This document shows, piece after piece, positions 9,935 to 23,512 of a DNA stretch of 48,490 bases. The DNA lies in assembly GCA_046597055.1 (NCBI GenBank), contig JBKJLC010000183.1, forward strand, positions 1 to 48,490, in the 5' to 3' direction. Source of the stretch: Kofleriaceae bacterium (GTDB lineage: Bacteria > Myxococcota_A > Polyangia > Haliangiales > Haliangiaceae). The translations under genes and the position numbers were made by a program. Under the pieces are notes generated by a model. The model was not told the origin of the DNA and did not search any database. It saw only the letters and a program-made list of their open reading frames with translations. Each line of letters starts with the position of its first letter. Within the stretch, counting starts at the first letter, position 1.

Positions 9935-10701
9935 CGGGGCAGCCCGGGCCGGGGATCGAGGTCGCGACGCGGCCGCTGCGGCCGGCTGGCCGCGAGTTGC
10001 GGCCGCTGGGCCTCGTGCTGCTGGCCAGCTTGGTGCTGTGGCAGCTGCCCTTCGGTGGGTTCGTGCTCTACCCGTTCAAGCTGCTCGGGACGTGGCTGCA
10101 TGAAGGCAGTCACGGGCTCGTGATGGCCATGACCGGCGCCGGCTTCGATCGGATGGAGGTGTTCCGAGATGGCAGCGGGCTCGCGCATGCGCGCGGGGGG
10201 GTCGGCTCGTTCGCGCGCGCGTTGATCGCGGCGGCGGGGTACATGGGCACGCCGGCGTGGGGGGTCGTGATCCTGGCCGCGAGTCGGACGCCGCGGGGGG
10301 CGCGGCTCGCGCTCGCGACGCTCGGGTTGGTGCTCGCACTGTCGACGATCGCGGTGGTATCGAACCGGTTCGGGCAGATCGCGATCGTCGCGACGGGCGG
10401 CGCCGCGCTGCTGGTGGCGGCCGCGCTGCCGCCGCGCGCGGTCGTGGTGGCCGCGCATGTCGTGGCCGCGCAGGCGTGTATCAATGCGGTGGTCGATATC
10501 CGGGTGCTGTTCCGGCCGACGCTGGTGGTGAACGGAAAGGCCGTGCGGGATTCGGATGCGCACGCGATGGCACACGCGACGTTCGGGACGGCGGCCGACT
10601 GGGCGGTGTGGCTGTGGGCGGCCGTGTGGTTGGCGTGGTCGCTGGCGCTCTTGTATGCGGTGTTCCGGATCGTGCGACGGCGGGCGGATGCGGGCGGGTG
10701 A
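9931..10701 (+). CDS. M50B-family membrane metallopeptidase
   Basis: YPFKLLGTWLHEGSHG (HExxH), IAAAGYMG, SDA motif; multiple TMs. Confidence 0.85.
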   Translation: MTGQPGPGIEVATRPLRPAGRELRPLGLVLLASLVLWQLPFGGFVLYPFKLLGTWLHEGSHGLVMAMTGAGFDRMEVFRDGSGLAHARGGVGSFARALIAAAGYMGTPAWGVVILAASRTPRGARLALATLGLVLALSTIAVVSNRFGQIAIVATGGAALLVAAALPPRAVVVAAHVVAAQACINAVVDIRVLFRPTLVVNGKAVRDSDAHAMAHATFGTAADWAVWLWAAVWLAWSLALLYAVFRIVRRRADAGG

Positions 10702-10725
10702 CGGGCGCCCTGCCCTGCGACGGCT

Positions 10726-11358
10726 CTAATGAATCGCGGGGCGGTCGCCGCGGACGACGGTCCGGTCGGTCCAGGGTCGCGCCTCGAGGTGGAAGTGATC
10801 GTGGTGGGCGTCGTCGTAGTCCGGCGACAGGACCAGGTAGAAGAGGCCGGAGCGGACGAGCTGGCACTGCAGGACCTTGAGGATCGCGCCGCCCTGGGTC
10901 GAGGGCTGGCCCAGGCAGTCGATGGCGTCGCCCAGGCCCTGCTCGTAGTCGAGCGCGACCGCGAGGTCGCCGATCTCGCGGCCGTGGAAGCGCGAGACGT
11001 CGATCGCGAGCCCGTAGGAGTGCTTGGAGGGCTTGGTGGTGCCGCGCACGTTGCGACGGGAATAGGCCGAGCTGAAGGTCGCGCGCTCGACGCCGAGGGC
11101 CGCGAGGTACGGGCCGGCCTCGGCGAGCGAGACCGCCAGCGAGCAGTCGAGGACGAGGGGGCCGCGGCCCGCGGCCGCCCACGCGATGCCGCCGAGGGGG
11201 CCGGTCACCTCGATGGCGATCGTGACGCCGGGCTTCTGGGCCGGTTTCCAGGCCACGCCCCGCGCATCGAGCTCACGCTTGCAGAGATCGCCAGGGGACG
11301 CCGCGGCGGTCGTGACCGACGCGGCAGCGATCGCGAACGCGGAGAGGATCGTGCGCAC
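10726..11358 (-). CDS. secreted extensin-like C-terminal domain protein (M15/LAS-type Zn-peptidase fold)
   Basis: GTG start at 11358 with a signal peptide (RTILSAFAIAAASVTTAAA); SAYSRRNV...SKHSYGLAID...LSPDYDDAHHDHFHL. Confidence 0.8.
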   Translation of the reverse strand: MRTILSAFAIAAASVTTAAASPGDLCKRELDARGVAWKPAQKPGVTIAIEVTGPLGGIAWAAAGRGPLVLDCSLAVSLAEAGPYLAALGVERATFSSAYSRRNVRGTTKPSKHSYGLAIDVSRFHGREIGDLAVALDYEQGLGDAIDCLGQPSTQGGAILKVLQCQLVRSGLFYLVLSPDYDDAHHDHFHLEARPWTDRTVVRGDRPAIH

Positions 11359-11450
11359 GCGACGAGGGTGCCGGCGCCAGGCGACGCGAGCAAGTTCTCG
11401 GACGGCGCGACCTCGGGGGCGCGTCCTGGTGCGGCGGGCGGGACCGCGCG

Positions 11451-12442
<992 letters not shown>

Positions 12443-12443
<1 letters not shown>

Positions 12444-13371
12444 CAGGAGGACGATGGCGGGTCCGTCAGATACTGCGTGAGCGCGGTCTGGTCAACGGCC
12501 GCCGGCGCTTCGGCCCAGCGAACCTCGGGATCGGGTCGATACCACGAGAGCTGGCGGCGGGCATAACGGCGCGAATTCCTTTTCACCAGCTCGATCGCCT
12601 GCGACAGGTCCGACCTCCCATCGAGGTGGTCGTGGAGCTCGGCGTAGCCGATCGCCTGCTGCGACCGCATCGGCGGCGCGTAGCCGGCCGCGCGCAGCCC
12701 GCGAACCTCGTCGACCAGACCGGTCGCGATCATGGCATCGATGCGCGCCTCGATCATCGCGTAGAGCCGCTCGCGCGGGGGCGCCAGCCCGACCAGCACA
12801 TGCGGGTAGCGCGCCGGGACCGTGCGGTGGTCGTGGCGCCGCTGGTGCTCGCTCATCGGCACGCCGGTGAGCTGCTGGACCTCCAGCGCGCGCACGATGC
12901 GCTTCTGATCGTTGGGATCGATCCGGGTCGCGATCGCGGGGTCGAGCGCGGCGAGCCGTTGCCACAGCGCCGCGACCCCGCCGGCGCGGGCCTCGGCGTC
13001 GAGCGCTGCGCGGACCGCGGGATCCGCGGGCGGGCCCTCGAACAGGCCGAGCAGCAGCGCGCGCACGTACAGCCCGGTGCCGCCGCACACCACCACCGGC
13101 ACCCCGCGCGCGGTCGCGTCCGCGATCGCCTGATCGGCCTGGCTGATGAAGCGGGCCGCGGTCATCTCCTCGTCAGGGCGCAGGATATCGATCAGGTGAT
13201 GGCGGACCCGCGTCCGCTCGGCCGCGGTCGCCTTGCCGGTGCCGATGTCCATGCCGATGTAGACCTGCTGCGAGTCGCACGACACGATCTCGGCGCCGGC
13301 TCGCTCGGCCAGCGCCAGCGCCAGGCCGGTCTTGCCGGCCCCGGTCGGACCGACGATGACGACCAGCCGGG

Positions 13372-13375
<4 letters not shown>
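12443..13375 (-). CDS. miaA: tRNA dimethylallyltransferase
   Basis: GPTGAGKT, DSQQVYIGMDIGTGK, GGTGLY, RIVRALEV, AIGY, YARRQLSW. GTG start overlaps the mutL stop. Confidence 0.96.
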
Positions 13376-15366
<1,991 letters not shown>

Positions 15367-15408
15367 GCGAGACGACGTACCACGGCCTTCCGACGTTCGT
15401 CCGCCGGA

Positions 15409-15437
15409 TTGCACGGTGGCGCGTCGCTCTGTAAGGT
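15409..15437 (+). promoter_or_regulatory. sigma70-like promoter of the epimerase-acyltransferase pair
   Basis: TTGCAC, 17-nt spacer, TAAGGT, then 10 nt to ATG 15448. Confidence 0.55.
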
Positions 15438-15447
15438 GTGCTCGCTC

Positions 15448-16494
15448 ATGTCCCGCGTCGGCCCCACCGAGAGTGATTCGCGCCGCGTCGCCCCGGCGAG
15501 TGGCCGCGTCGTCGCGATCACCGGCGCCTGCACCTTTCTTGGCACCGAGCTGGTCCGCCGGCTCGAGGCCGACCGGCGCTACGACCGGGTCCTGCTCCTC
15601 GACGTCCGCGAGCCGGTGGTGCTCGCCGAGGGCGCCCGCAAGACCCGGTTCTTCCCGATCGACCTGACCCAGCCGACGATCGACGCCGACATCGCGACGC
15701 TGCTCGAGCGCGAACAGGTCGACACCGTCGTCCACGGCGCGTTCCTGTCGCATCCGACCCACGCCTCCGAGTGGGCGCACGAGCTGGAGGACGTGGGCAC
15801 GATGCACGTCCTCAACGCCTGCGCGGCGGCCGAGCCGGCCCGGCTGATCATGGTGAGCTCGACGATGGCGTACGGCGCCTATCCGTCGAACCCCAACTTT
15901 CTCACCGAGGACGCCGAGCTGCGCGGTCATCGCGACTCGCGCTTCATCAATGACAAGGTCCGCGCCGAGAAGCAGGCGCTGCGGTTCGCCCGCGAGCACC
16001 CAGCGACCAAGGTTGCGACCTTGCGGTTCGCGCCGATCCTGGGCCCGACGATCTCCAACCTGTTCACCCGCTTCTTCTCGCGACCGGCCGCGCCCGTGAT
16101 GATGGGCCACGACCCGCTGCTGCAGTTCGTCCACGAGAACGACGCGGTGTCGGCGCTCAAGCTGGCGGTCGACGGCGAGGCCGAGGGGCCGCTCAACATC
16201 GTTGGCAAGGGGGTCCTGCCCTACACCACGGTGCTGGCGCTGATCGGGCGGATGCCGGTGTCGATGCCGTACCTGATCGCGCGCCAGCTGTCGAAGGCGC
16301 TGTGGGCGACCCAGGTGTTCGACTCACCGCCGAGCCTGCTCGACTACCTCATGTACGTCTGCGTCGCCGACGGTGCCCGCGCCCGGCGCGAACTCGGCTA
16401 CGTGCCCCGGTTCTCGATCAAGCGGACGATCCTCGACTTCTCCGGCATCGCGCCCGAAGACGGTGCGATCGACGTCGCACGCGCACAAGGGTAG
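15448..16494 (+). CDS. NAD-dependent epimerase/dehydratase family (atypical extended SDR)
   Basis: VAITGACTFLG, VDTVVHGAF, MVSSTMAYGA, LRFAPILGP, QFVHEND. Confidence 0.85.
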   Translation: MSRVGPTESDSRRVAPASGRVVAITGACTFLGTELVRRLEADRRYDRVLLLDVREPVVLAEGARKTRFFPIDLTQPTIDADIATLLEREQVDTVVHGAFLSHPTHASEWAHELEDVGTMHVLNACAAAEPARLIMVSSTMAYGAYPSNPNFLTEDAELRGHRDSRFINDKVRAEKQALRFAREHPATKVATLRFAPILGPTISNLFTRFFSRPAAPVMMGHDPLLQFVHENDAVSALKLAVDGEAEGPLNIVGKGVLPYTTVLALIGRMPVSMPYLIARQLSKALWATQVFDSPPSLLDYLMYVCVADGARARRELGYVPRFSIKRTILDFSGIAPEDGAIDVARAQG

Positions 16495-16496
16495 CC

Positions 16497-17597
16497 ATGG
16501 CCACCGACGACCCTCCCGACACCGACGAGTGGGGCGACGGCGCCCCGGACGCCTCGGCCGCGCCCGAGAGCGTGTGGACCGACGACGACGTCTACCTCGG
16601 CGGCGAGGCCGCGGTGTCCGCGCATGCCGACGATCAGGTGGGCGGCCGACGCTCGCGCTGGTTCTCGTCGTTCGACGACTCGGCCGATCCCGAGGCGCCG
16701 ATGCGGGAGATGTCGCGTCGCATGGAGACCGGCCGCACGCCGGTCTACCCGCTCGACGCGCGCCGCTCGCTGCCGATGAAGTTCGTGTGGAAGCGCTGGC
16801 GCGAGCTGGCGATGCGCGGCCGATCCGACGTGGTCGACGATTTCGGGCGCGACCCGATCGCGACGGCACGCTGGGAGTGGGTGCTCGACTTCCTTTACAG
16901 CCGATGGTTCCGGGTCGAGGCCCGCGGCGTCGAGCACGTGCCGTCCAGCGGGCCTGCGCTCCTGATCGCGAACCACGCCGGCAGCCTGCCGTACGACTCC
17001 GCGATGGTCATGCACGCGATCCGCAAGGACCACCCCGAGCGGCGCGACGTGCGACCGCTGGTCGAGGACGCGGTCTTCCACCTGCCCTGGCTGGGCCCGC
17101 TGGTGCAGCGGATCGGCGGGGTCCGCGCCTGCCCCGAGAACGCCGAGCGCCTGATCGAGAAGGGCGAGGTCGTCGCGGTCTTCCCCGAGGGGCTGAAGGG
17201 CATGAGCAAGCTGTGGCGTGATCGCTACCGCCTGCAGCGGTTCGGGCGCGGTGGCTTCATCAAGCTGGCGCTGCGCACGGGCGCGCCGATCATCCCGGTC
17301 GCGGTGGTCGGCTCCGAGGAGGCGCTGCCGCTCCTCGGCCGGGTGACCTGGTTCGCCAAGACCGTCGGGATCCCGTACGTGCCGGTGACCCCGACCTTCC
17401 CGTGGCTGGGGCCGCTCGGCCTGGTTCCCCTGCCCAGCAAGTGGCGGATCGAGTTCGGCGCGCCGCTTGATCTCACGACCGAGTACGGCCCCGAGGCCGC
17501 CGACGACCGCCTGCTGGTCGGGCGCCTGTCGGAGCAGGTGCGTGCTCAGGTCCAGTCGATGGTCGACGGGCTGCGCGGCCACCGCGCCCGGCCCTGA
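16497..17597 (+). CDS. lysophospholipid/glycerol acyltransferase (PlsC-like) with acidic N-terminal extension
   Basis: ANHAGSLPYD, VFPEG, RFGRGGF, APIIPVAVVG. Confidence 0.88.
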   Translation: MATDDPPDTDEWGDGAPDASAAPESVWTDDDVYLGGEAAVSAHADDQVGGRRSRWFSSFDDSADPEAPMREMSRRMETGRTPVYPLDARRSLPMKFVWKRWRELAMRGRSDVVDDFGRDPIATARWEWVLDFLYSRWFRVEARGVEHVPSSGPALLIANHAGSLPYDSAMVMHAIRKDHPERRDVRPLVEDAVFHLPWLGPLVQRIGGVRACPENAERLIEKGEVVAVFPEGLKGMSKLWRDRYRLQRFGRGGFIKLALRTGAPIIPVAVVGSEEALPLLGRVTWFAKTVGIPYVPVTPTFPWLGPLGLVPLPSKWRIEFGAPLDLTTEYGPEAADDRLLVGRLSEQVRAQVQSMVDGLRGHRARP

Positions 17598-17665
17598 CCC
17601 GTTCCGGCAGCTTCTGCCGATCGGCCGCCAGCGCCGTGGTACGCTGAGCCGCAGCGGGCCCGTCA

Positions 17666-18205
17666 ATGCACGACGCCGACGAGCAGGTCGCGGAGTTGCT
17701 GGAGGTCGCACGCGACCTCCTGGGGGCCGGTGATGATCCGCGGGCGCTGGCCGAGGCCAACCTCGCGGTCACCCGGGCGCTCACCATCAAGCTCGAGGAT
17801 CCGCGGGCATGGCTGGTGAAGTGCCAGGTGCTGTCGGCTCAGGGCGACGACCCGGCCGCGCTGGCCGCCGCCGAGATGGCGCTGCGCCGCGCACCCCGCC
17901 TCGCCGAGGCCCACTACTGGCGCGCCGCGATCCTGGGCGACATCGGTCACTACCGCGAGGGCCTGCGCGCGGTCGATCGAGCGTTCACGCACCTGCGCGA
18001 CGACGACGGCTGGCTGGTCGAAGACCTGTACTACGAGAAGGCGACCATGCTCGAGGCGCTCGGCGAGCGCGACGCGGCCCGCGCGACCTACGAAGCGGGC
18101 CTGGCGCGGTGCCCGACCTCGACCCTGCTGCGCGCCGGCCTCGAGCCGCTGTCAGCGCCCCGGCGCACCGCGGTCCTCAAGGTCCTGCGCGGCGGCCTGG
18201 CCTAG
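17666..18205 (+). CDS. tetratricopeptide-repeat protein
   Basis: Repeated helical motifs AWLVKC, AHYWRA, LYYEKA with TPR spacing. Confidence 0.75.
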   Translation: MHDADEQVAELLEVARDLLGAGDDPRALAEANLAVTRALTIKLEDPRAWLVKCQVLSAQGDDPAALAAAEMALRRAPRLAEAHYWRAAILGDIGHYREGLRAVDRAFTHLRDDDGWLVEDLYYEKATMLEALGERDAARATYEAGLARCPTSTLLRAGLEPLSAPRRTAVLKVLRGGLA

Positions 18206-18218
18206 CAGCGGCTGCTAG
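18202..18218. repeat. perfect 17-bp palindrome CTAGCAGC-G-GCTGCTAG over the TPR stop codon
   Basis: Read directly; lies between convergent genes. Confidence 0.55.
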
Positions 18219-18311
18219 CGACAGCCGGTCACGTAGGCTCACGTGGCCGCGATCGAAGCGCGCTTCCGTTCGTCGAGCAGCGGAGCGCGATCTGAGCGAG
18301 CGGGCGGGGGG

Positions 18312-19067
18312 TCAGGCCGGGATGCGCACGACGAAGACGGTCGTGAGCTCCGGGCGCTGCTCGACGGTGATCGAGCCGTGGTGGGCGGCGGCGACCAGGT
18401 GGCAGAAGTAGAGGCCGAAGTCCCGGCCCAGGCGGGCGGCGCCGGCGCGCTCGGCCGAGCGGAACTCGCGCTCGAACACGCTGGTGCGCTCGTCGTCGGT
18501 GAGGGGCAGGCCGTCGTTGCCGACCTCGAGGACCAGCTTGCGGTCGATCGCGGTCACGGCGACCCGGATCCGTCCGCCGCGCGCGGCGTAGCGGACCGCA
18601 TTGTCGAGCAGGTTCTGGACGACGTGCGCGAGCAGCCGGCCGTCGACGATCACGACCGCGTCGTCGGCGACGTCGACCTCGAGGCTGAGATCGCGGGCGC
18701 GGAGGTTGGTCACGACCATCGCGATCGCGGCGTCGACCTCGGGGCGGACCCGGGTCAGGACCGGGCGCGCGACGACGGTGCCGGCCTCGAGCGCTTCGAC
18801 GTCGGCGATCGCCTGGGCCATCATGAGCGCGCGGGTACACAGGATGATCGAGTCCTCGAGGCACCGGGTCGCGGTCGGTGACAGCGCGGGCGGACCGGCC
18901 AGCTCCTCGCGCAGGATCGCGAGGTTGCCGGCGAGCGCGGCCAGCGGGTTCTTCAGGTCGTGGACCATCGTCGCGACCAGCGAGTGCTCGCCGGACCACG
19001 CGGGTCGGTCAGCCCCCCCGCCGCCGCCACCGCGAGCGGCGCCGGGCTTCGGCGGGTCCGCCATCAT
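18312..19067 (-). CDS. sensor-less HisKA-HATPase histidine kinase-like protein
   Basis: H-box VHDLKNPL, N-box [10 protein letters not shown]1 VGNDG, degenerate G2 GRDFGLYFC; no TM or sensor domain; ATGA overlap with the GGDEF gene. Confidence 0.82.
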   Translation of the reverse strand: MMADPPKPGAARGGGGGGADRPAWSGEHSLVATMVHDLKNPLAALAGNLAILREELAGPPALSPTATRCLEDSIILCTRALMMAQAIADVEALEAGTVVARPVLTRVRPEVDAAIAMVVTNLRARDLSLEVDVADDAVVIVDGRLLAHVVQNLLDNAVRYAARGGRIRVAVTAIDRKLVLEVGNDGLPLTDDERTSVFEREFRSAERAGAARLGRDFGLYFCHLVAAAHHGSITVEQRPELTTVFVVRIPA

Positions 19068-19948
19068 CCGATGACCTGGTTGCGCCCCGCCGCCTTGGCC
19101 GCATAGAGGTTCTCGTCCGCGGTCTTCACGAACGCGGTCGCGTCGGGGACCTCGGAGCCAAGGCACGTGACGCCGACCGAGACGGTGAGCGGGATGTCGG
19201 TGTCCTCGAACTTGAACGGCGTGCGCTCCGCGATCCGCCGGATCTTGTCGGCGAACTGCATCGCGTTGTGATGATCGATCTCGGGCAGGATGATCGCGAA
19301 CTCCTCGCCACCGTAGCGGGCCAGGATGTCCTCGCGACGGATCCGCGCCTTGATGACCGTGGCCAGGTGCTTGAGCACGTAGTCACCCGCGAGGTGGCCG
19401 TAGGTGTCGTTGATGTTCTTGAAGCGATCGATGTCGAACATGATCAGCGACAGGTCGCGGTGGTAGCGCTGGGCCCGGCCGATCTCGCGCTCCAGGGTCT
19501 CCTGGAAGTAGCGCTTGTTGTAGATCTGGGTCAGGCCGTCGACCGTCGTGAGGCGGTAGATCTCCTCGTGATACGCGTTCTCGATGTTGCTGCCCGACAG
19601 GAACTTGAAGATGCAGCGACCGACCTTGATGAAGTCGCCGTCGCGCAGGACGTACTCGTCGATCAGCTCGTCGTTGATGTAGGTCCCGTTGGTCGAGCCC
19701 ATGTCGCGCAGCAAGATCGCCGACCCGGTGTTGAGGATCTTGCAGTGGTTGCGCGAGACCGACTCCTGATCGATCTGGATGTCGGCCTTGCTCGAGCGGC
19801 CGATGATGATCTGCGGACGCGTGAGATTGTACTTGCGCCCGAGATCGAGCCCGTAGATCACGACCAGGCACGCCTCCTTCGCGGCCGGCCGGTCGCTGAT
19901 CTTGGAGATCGCGGTGACGACGGTCTTGTTGCGCCCGGTGTCGGTCAC
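19064..19948 (-). CDS. FHA-GGDEF diguanylate cyclase
   Basis: FHA motifs IGRSS, VSRNH, GSTNGTY; cyclase motifs [19 protein letters not shown]-site RRED, RYGGEEF. GTG start with AGGA upstream; an alternative ATG lies at 19981. Confidence 0.93.
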   Translation of the reverse strand: MTDTGRNKTVVTAISKISDRPAAKEACLVVIYGLDLGRKYNLTRPQIIIGRSSKADIQIDQESVSRNHCKILNTGSAILLRDMGSTNGTYINDELIDEYVLRDGDFIKVGRCIFKFLSGSNIENAYHEEIYRLTTVDGLTQIYNKRYFQETLEREIGRAQRYHRDLSLIMFDIDRFKNINDTYGHLAGDYVLKHLATVIKARIRREDILARYGGEEFAIILPEIDHHNAMQFADKIRRIAERTPFKFEDTDIPLTVSVGVTCLGSEVPDATAFVKTADENLYAAKAAGRNQVIG

Positions 19949-20001
19949 GGTTCCGAGTCCTCGAATCCTATCATCACCCATGGACCCGCGCGCCAGCGCA
20001 G

Positions 20002-20524
20002 CTACCGCATGTCCTCTGTGCAGAGCAAGCGGTCGCCTTCGGCCCGCCGGCACACGAGGGTATCGGTGAGGACGTAGCCGCCGCGGCGAAACTGGTACTC
20101 GTGCATGAGCATGCGCCCGCCGCCGGTGAGGCTCCAGTACGCCCGCACCGGCGCCAGGGCGCCGACGGTGGCGCCGGGCTGGGGCTCGAGCGCCTGGCCG
20201 GCCAGGGCCCCGGCGTAGCGCGCGCACGCGCCCGGGTCCCCGGGGAGGAAGACGTTCCAGTAGCAGTTGCCCTCGGCCGTGCACATCTGCTCGTCGGCGA
20301 CCAAGGTCTCGTCCCGGCCGTCGCCGTCGAGATCGCGGTCGCCGCGGCGTGGCCGCGGGGTCTCGCTCATCACGCCGTCGCGCTCGGGAGCGCCGCACTC
20401 GCCGACCCGGACGGTCGGCGACGGCACGCTGACCACGCGCGGGGTGGCGGGCGCGGCCGACCGCGACCCGCACGCGGCGAGCAGGACGATCGGCAGCAGC
20501 GCACCGGTGCGGCGGTGTGGTGCG

Positions 20525-20535
<11 letters not shown>
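20002..20535 (-). CDS. hypothetical lipoprotein
   Basis: Lipobox LLAAC, a DLDGDGRDE loop and several cysteines; overlaps the pgi stop. Confidence 0.65.
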
Positions 20536-21946
<1,411 letters not shown>

Positions 21947-22016
21947 GCGCGCCGAAGGTAGCGCAAGTGCCCTTTTGTTGCCGGCTCCGACTCGGCTACG
22001 CTATGGGATAGGACGC

Positions 22017-23366
22017 ATGGTCACGCGGTCAGGCAGGAATCTCCTCCTCGGCGTCGGGGTCGCGCTGGCAGGGTTCCTGCTGGTGTGCGGCGACGGCGAC
22101 CCGGCGAGCCATGTCGCGCAGAACCTGGGCACGTCCGACCTGCCGGCGACCACGGCGCCCGCCGCACCCGCGAGCGCGTCGACCGGGATCCTGCCGCCGC
22201 CGCGTGCATCGAGCGCCGCGCGGACCGGGCTCGCCCCGCGCATCCCCGGTACGTCGCGCCCGGTCGCCGATCCGACCGTCGATCTGGTGAGGATGCAGCT
22301 GATCGGCGATCGCTACCTGGCGCCGATGTCCGACGGTCGCACCGCGGTGCTCACGCTCGATCCGCGGCTGCAGATCGCCGCCGAGAAGGTGCTCACGCGG
22401 GCCCGGTCGCCGCGCGGCGCGGTGGTGGTCACCGACCGCCTCGGCCGCATCCTCGCGCTGGCCGGCCGCCGAACCGAGGACCCCAAGGGTGGCAAGGAAG
22501 GCATCTGGGATCCGGCGGTCGCGCTCGACGCCTGGGCACCGGCGGCCTCGATCTTCAAGGTGGTGTCGGCGGCCGCGATGGTCGAGGCCGGCGCCCGCGG
22601 CAACGAGAAGGTCTGCTACCACGGCGGCGTTCGCTCGGTGATGGAGTCGAACCTCGGCGACAGCAAGCGGGACGGCCGCTGCGAGAACCTGAGCTACGGG
22701 CTCGCGCACTCGCAGAACGCGATCATCGCCAAGTTCGCGCACCGCTACCTCCAGCCGGCCGCGCTGATCGACACCGCGCGCCGGTTCGGCTTCGGCGCGC
22801 CGCTGCCGTTCGCGACCCCCGCCGCCTACGGCTCGGTCGACATCCCGACCGACAAGGGCGTCGAGTTCGCCAAGACCGCGGCCGGCTTCAGCGGCGTCCA
22901 CCTGTCGGCGCTCGGCGGCGCGATGCTGGCCGGGACCATCGCCGGCGGCGGCACCGCGCCAACGCCGACGATCATCGCGGCGATCATCGACGGCACCCAG
23001 GAGACCGCGACCGCCGCGGCGACGCCCGGGCGCCGGGTCCTCGAGGCCCGCGTGGCTGCCGAGGTCGCGGCGATGATGACCGAGACTTGCGCCAAGGGCA
23101 GCGCGGCCCGGGCGTTCCGCGGCCGCGAGCAGATCCCCGACGTCGCGGTCGCCGGCAAGACCGGCACGCTCAGCCGCACCGAGCCCTTCTACCTTCAGTA
23201 CTCCTGGTTCGTCGGCTACGCGCCCGCCGATCGCCCGACCCTCACGGTGTCGGTGCTGCTCGGCAACGCGGAGCTCTGGTACATGAAGGCGCACACCGCC
23301 GCACGCGCCGTGCTCGGCGAGGGCCTCCGCCGCGAGCCGATCGTGACGCGCGCCGCAAGACGCTGA
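22017..23366 (+). CDS. penicillin-binding protein, transpeptidase domain only
   Basis: SxxK (ASIFK), SxN (HSQN) and KTG (GKTGT); N-terminal hydrophobic anchor and Pro/Ala linker; no glycosyltransferase domain. Start at ATG 22017. Confidence 0.88.
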   Translation: MVTRSGRNLLLGVGVALAGFLLVCGDGDPASHVAQNLGTSDLPATTAPAAPASASTGILPPPRASSAARTGLAPRIPGTSRPVADPTVDLVRMQLIGDRYLAPMSDGRTAVLTLDPRLQIAAEKVLTRARSPRGAVVVTDRLGRILALAGRRTEDPKGGKEGIWDPAVALDAWAPAASIFKVVSAAAMVEAGARGNEKVCYHGGVRSVMESNLGDSKRDGRCENLSYGLAHSQNAIIAKFAHRYLQPAALIDTARRFGFGAPLPFATPAAYGSVDIPTDKGVEFAKTAAGFSGVHLSALGGAMLAGTIAGGGTAPTPTIIAAIIDGTQETATAAATPGRRVLEARVAAEVAAMMTETCAKGSAARAFRGREQIPDVAVAGKTGTLSRTEPFYLQYSWFVGYAPADRPTLTVSVLLGNAELWYMKAHTAARAVLGEGLRREPIVTRAARR

Positions 23367-23512
23367 CCGCGCCACGCCAGGCCGCGCCGAGCCGGCAAAG
23401 GTCGGTAGTGTGCCGAGGCCTCCGCGCAGCGGTCGGGCCGGAAGTGGTATCGTTGCGTGGCCGTCCGAGCGTCATCCAGGGGTCACCTGGCGCGTCTTCC
23501 GTGGAGGAACTC

